DNA of 55,868 nucleotides from positions 1 to 55,868 of the IMG/VR virus record IMGVR_UViG_2645727563_000002, one strand, 5' to 3'. A program made the position numbers and the translations under genes. Positions 52,653-55,868 of this stretch are shown here, one piece after another. Below the pieces are notes generated by a model. That model had not been told where the DNA came from and ran no database searches. It saw nothing but the letters and a program-made list of their open reading frames with translations. The first letter of the stretch is position 1, and each line of letters begins with the position of its first letter. The stretch is from a virus (taxonomy: Duplodnaviria; Heunggongvirae; Uroviricota; Caudoviricetes).

Positions 52653-53213
52653 ATGAAAACAATCGAACAAAAACTTGAACAGCGCCGCGAGTGGCAGAAG
52701 GCAGCCAGAGAACGAGCGATCGCTCGGCAACGGGAAAAGTTGGCTGACCCCGCCTGGCGAGAATCGCAATATCAGAAAATGCGGGATTCTATCGACCGCC
52801 GTATCGCTAAACAGAAAGAGCGCCCACCAGCCAGCAAAACGCGGAAAAGTGCGGTAAAAATAAAATCTCGTGGCTTGAAGGGGCGAACACCGACGGCGGA
52901 GGAACGGACCATCGCCAATGCTCTTGGCACTCTCCCCTGCATTGCCTGCTACATGCATGGAGTAATATCTGAAGAGGTGTCTCTGCACCATATCTCCGGT
53001 CGTACCGCGCCGGGTTGTCACAAAAAGCAATTGCCCCTTTGCAGATGGCACCACCAGCATGCAGCACCGGCTGAAGTAAGAGAAAAATACCCTTGGCTGG
53101 TCCCTGTTCATGCAGATGGCGTGGTAGGAGGCAAGAAAGAATTCACCTTGTTGAACAAGTCAGAGATGGAGTTGCTGGCTGACGCCTATGAAATGGCAAA
53201 CATCATGCACTAA
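52653..53213 (+). CDS. ref: Ref, recombination enhancement function (HNH endonuclease, 186 aa)
   Basis: Begins MKTIEQKLEQRREWQKAARERAIARQREKLADPAWRESQYQ; Cys/His-rich HNH C-terminus. Confidence 0.85.
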   Translation: MKTIEQKLEQRREWQKAARERAIARQREKLADPAWRESQYQKMRDSIDRRIAKQKERPPASKTRKSAVKIKSRGLKGRTPTAEERTIANALGTLPCIACYMHGVISEEVSLHHISGRTAPGCHKKQLPLCRWHHQHAAPAEVREKYPWLVPVHADGVVGGKKEFTLLNKSEMELLADAYEMANIMH

Positions 53214-53249
53214 TAAATATATTATTTTTAATCTTAAATGATTGACAAC

Positions 53250-53262
53250 TGACAAGTGACTT
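53250..53262 (+). promoter_or_regulatory. candidate Lpa-dependent late promoter for mat
   Basis: TGACAAGTGACTT + 4 nt + CAGAAT; preceded by an operator-like gcactaataaatat. Confidence 0.35.
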
Positions 53263-53401
53263 GAGTCAGAATCATCACACGCCCGGTACGGATGGATCCC
53301 TTTTCAAATATTCCATGGACGGCACAGTCTGAGTACCGGGCGCTACCTTCAGTTGTATTGCTAAGCCGCCGCTGGTGGCTTTTCTTTTTTGTAGGGGCGC
53401 T

Positions 53402-54043
53402 ATGGATAAGAAAATATGCGTTGTTTCAATGAGCGTCGGCAAACCGGCGTCAATGACTGCTGCATGGATCAACAATGAGCTGATAATGGCTGAGCGGACC
53501 AGCTACCCTGAACGCCGCCGCGATATGGAACTCCAGCTGCTGCGCGAATTGCGAGAAAAAGAGGAAAAGGGTTTTATCGTGCTGGTGGAAGAGGAAAACA
53601 GCTTTATTACCGGTCGAGTTGGCCAGCGTGTAAGGTTGCGTGATCCCTTCATGAACGGCAGACCGGTACTGATTGAAGCAATGCAGATTTACAAGGAATT
53701 GGAACGCCAGAAAGCGATCAAGTTACCGCGCAAGGAATCCGGCAAATACATCCTTCACCAAAGCATCTTCGATTCCGAACACGATAAAAAAGGCGATGAA
53801 TTTTTCAACATCAACTGGAGCGAAATAACGACAGAACATGTTCTGTCGTTACTATGTTGCTTTGCGACGGAATACAACAACGTTGCCAGCGCCGACTACA
53901 TCAGGGCAATGGCTGGAGAAGTTGAGGCCCATCAGGAACCATCATTACTAAGTCCCCTGATTAACATAATTCGCGGAACTCAAACACTAACGCAAAAACA
54001 AGTGCCGCAAGGAGAATTAACAGGTAAACAGAACTATTTATAA
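53402..54043 (+). CDS. mat: Mat-like particle maturation protein (213 aa)
   Basis: Position after ref as in P1; ATG after agggg RBS. Confidence 0.5.
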   Translation: MDKKICVVSMSVGKPASMTAAWINNELIMAERTSYPERRRDMELQLLRELREKEEKGFIVLVEEENSFITGRVGQRVRLRDPFMNGRPVLIEAMQIYKELERQKAIKLPRKESGKYILHQSIFDSEHDKKGDEFFNINWSEITTEHVLSLLCCFATEYNNVASADYIRAMAGEVEAHQEPSLLSPLINIIRGTQTLTQKQVPQGELTGKQNYL

Positions 54044-54155
54044 TAGTTACGTTAGGTAACATTATGGGTATGTTTCATTTTCATACCCATTGATTTCTAG
54101 CTTGATTTGTTATTATATGTAACAACACATTAATCATTTGAACTGGATGTTAGTA

Positions 54156-55277
54156 ATGGGCAGTGAAGTATATCAAAGCCAAAAATGCGAGCTTAAATAT
54201 TCGAAATCTCAAATAGAAAAAGCAGCCAGAAAAATTAGACATGGTTGTGAGGGCGCAGAGCGAGAAGAAGCAATTAAAATGATTCAAAATTTCCGCGAGC
54301 TTCATTTATATCCATTGATGCTAATGAAAAATCATCTTGATAGGGCTGCAAAAAAAGTTGATAAAGAGAATAAGATTATTGTTGCAAGACGCCTAAAAAG
54401 ACTTAGCACAATAATTGATAAACTGGAGCGTCCAAGTCTTGACGGCGGCGCAACAAATAATGCAATAGCCCTTACTAGAATGCAGGATATTGGCGGATGT
54501 AGAGCTATAGTTAGAAACATCGAACAACTAAAGAAACTAAAAGACCGACTAGTTAAAAGTCGCTCCAAGCATAAAATCTTAAAGGAATATGACTATTTAA
54601 CTCCAAAGCCAAGCGGATATAGTGGCATTCACCTTGCATATAGTTGTTTTGATGAAGAAAACGGTAACAATCCGTGGAGTAAAACTAAAATCGAAGTACA
54701 ACTAAGAACAGAACTCCAACATGCTTGGGCAACAAGTCTGGAGATAATAGATACACTTGAAAATATTAAGCTGAAAACTTCTAATGAAGGTCACCCTGAG
54801 TGGAGAAGATTTTTTTATCTTTCTGGATGCCTAGTTGCTCATGATGAAGGTGCCTGTATTCTTGATGATGAAACCATCAAAAATTATCAAACAGAGCTTA
54901 AAACATTGGAGGAGGCTTTATCTGTTCGCTCAAAATTAAGTACATATACATTTGCAATGAAGCTGACATCAGATGCAAACCTAAAGAAAAGCCTGCCCAA
55001 AAACCATAATGGATTCTTTTTGGTGAGGATGAGAAACGCCATAACAAAAAATGGCAAGGATACTGGAAAGTTTCTTGTTTCTGTGAAACCTTTTAGGAAA
55101 AAAGAATCGGAACAAGCCCTCCAGGAACTTAATAAGGATGATGCGGATCCTGAAGTATTAATTGCGGTGCTGCTTGCCACTAACAACATTAAATCTCTTA
55201 AAAAGGCTTATCCTAACTATTTTGGGTCAACAAATCAGTTCGGGAGATTCCTTAGCAGACACATTGATACTGTGTAA
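54156..55277 (+). CDS. RelA/SpoT-domain (toxSAS) nucleotidyltransferase with C-terminal extension; candidate fused toxin-antitoxin anti-phage sensor (CapRel-like)
   Basis: Synthetase-fold motifs DIGGCRAIV, PSGYSGIHL, EVQLRTELQHAWAT in the N-terminal 200 aa plus about 170-aa C-terminal domain; start could be 54138 (TTG), 54147 or 54156. Confidence 0.6.
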   Translation: MGSEVYQSQKCELKYSKSQIEKAARKIRHGCEGAEREEAIKMIQNFRELHLYPLMLMKNHLDRAAKKVDKENKIIVARRLKRLSTIIDKLERPSLDGGATNNAIALTRMQDIGGCRAIVRNIEQLKKLKDRLVKSRSKHKILKEYDYLTPKPSGYSGIHLAYSCFDEENGNNPWSKTKIEVQLRTELQHAWATSLEIIDTLENIKLKTSNEGHPEWRRFFYLSGCLVAHDEGACILDDETIKNYQTELKTLEEALSVRSKLSTYTFAMKLTSDANLKKSLPKNHNGFFLVRMRNAITKNGKDTGKFLVSVKPFRKKESEQALQELNKDDADPEVLIAVLLATNNIKSLKKAYPNYFGSTNQFGRFLSRHIDTV

Positions 55278-55281
55278 ATTC

Positions 55282-55306
55282 CTATGCCTGGCTTAGCCAG
55301 GCATAG
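55282..55306. terminator. hairpin between convergent genes
   Basis: cctatgcctggc-ttag-ccaggcatag, 10-bp perfect stem; no clear U-tract. Confidence 0.35.
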
Positions 55307-55314
55307 CCAAAGAT

Positions 55315-55563
55315 TTAATCAGCATTCAGGAGCAATGCGTTATCTATGATGATCTGCTCCCATTCTTCGAATGCCCGGTCGCGGACGCCCTGGGGAACGC
55401 TGTTAGTTTTGAAATCGACGACCGTACGCCATTTCCCGTCCGGACGGTACATGCGCAGAGCTTTACTTCCCCCTTCCCTGCGCACCTCAACGTTATGCTT
55501 ATCAGCAAACTCTTGTAATGCTCGTAGCGTCCCATGCTTTACTGTGTAGTATCGCTTTTTCAA
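55315..55563 (-). CDS. small protein (82 aa) with weak HicA/YcfA-like resemblance
   Basis: GGSKALRMYRPDGKWRTVV loosely resembles the HicA GSHh...pdGk..vtvP core but lacks the His; TTG start overlapping the upstream stop. Confidence 0.3.
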   Translation of the reverse strand: MKKRYYTVKHGTLRALQEFADKHNVEVRREGGSKALRMYRPDGKWRTVVDFKTNSVPQGVRDRAFEEWEQIIIDNALLLNAD

Positions 55564-55868
55564 GTTTTCTCTCCAGCCTGTGCCAAGGCTTCAACTTCCA
55601 AATCGTAAGACTCAAACTCATAGTCCTGGTCGTCAACTTCTTCAGGCACTGGCAGTAAATGCCAGGCTGAGTATATCTGACCATTATCAAAACGCTCCTG
55701 GCTGTAGAGCGTCGCGGCTATGAGTGTTAGCGCCGGGCGGTCATAACGGTAAATTTTGCGAACGTCACGGTCAACGAGACGACCGAAATTACCATAACCG
55801 CGCTCCAGTAATAATTTTTTAATTTCCGGCCAGTATGGACCATAGCTGCGGTACAGGCGGGGATTTTT
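55560..55868 (-). CDS. 3' part of a gene truncated by the window edge (at least 102 codons)
   Basis: Open frame from the window end to TGA at 55560-55562; start lies beyond the window. Confidence 0.4.
   Translation of the reverse strand, partial: KNPRLYRSYGPYWPEIKKLLLERGYGNFGRLVDRDVRKIYRYDRPALTLIAATLYSQERFDNGQIYSAWHLLPVPEEVDDQDYEFESYDLEVEALAQAGEKT

Noticed and set aside
53275-53475. 66-aa minus-strand ORF
   Set aside because: Overlaps the mat promoter and start on the opposite strand
54044-55868. Type III restriction-modification genes (res/mod) expected after mat in P1
   Set aside because: No methyltransferase or helicase motifs found; the locus is occupied by the toxSAS gene and a convergent pair

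Overview
This window is a contiguous segment of a P1-like temperate phage / plasmid-prophage genome, recognised from a 34-bp loxP site next to a 343-aa Cre recombinase gene, c1/coi immunity genes, pacA/pacB with an internal pac site, parA/parB/parS, a RepA iteron replicon, ban, dmt, hrdC, phd/doc and many copies of the 17-bp C1 operator. Left to right it holds: a virion structural operon (tube-like, sheath, capsid; minus strand); the parS-parB-parA partition cassette; an IS200/IS605-type insertion (tnpA + tnpB); the repA replicon with flanking iterons and a GATC/DnaA-box origin; a candidate spanin pair and a PAAR-like protein; uhr-hrdC-dmt; a tRNA cluster (Asn, Thr, Ile); tciABC; ban-dbn; a six-gene baseplate/tail operon (minus strand); a long rightward block of small accessory genes (TraR-like, VRR-NUC, two MptE/DUF115-like paralogs, ppp phosphatase, HAD phosphatase, Ea22-like paralogs); hot, humD with a LexA box, phd-doc, pdcAB, lpa; pacA-pacB; c1-coi; loxP-cre-cra-ref-mat. 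The most notable feature is at the right edge: where P1 carries the res/mod type III restriction genes, this element instead has a 373-379 aa RelA/SpoT-type (toxSAS) nucleotidyltransferase with a long C-terminal extension, the architecture of a fused toxin-antitoxin anti-phage sensor (CapRel-like), followed by a convergent small gene pair. All calls are from reading the sequence and recalled family knowledge; no searches were run, and most coordinates of non-coding sites are approximate to a few bases.
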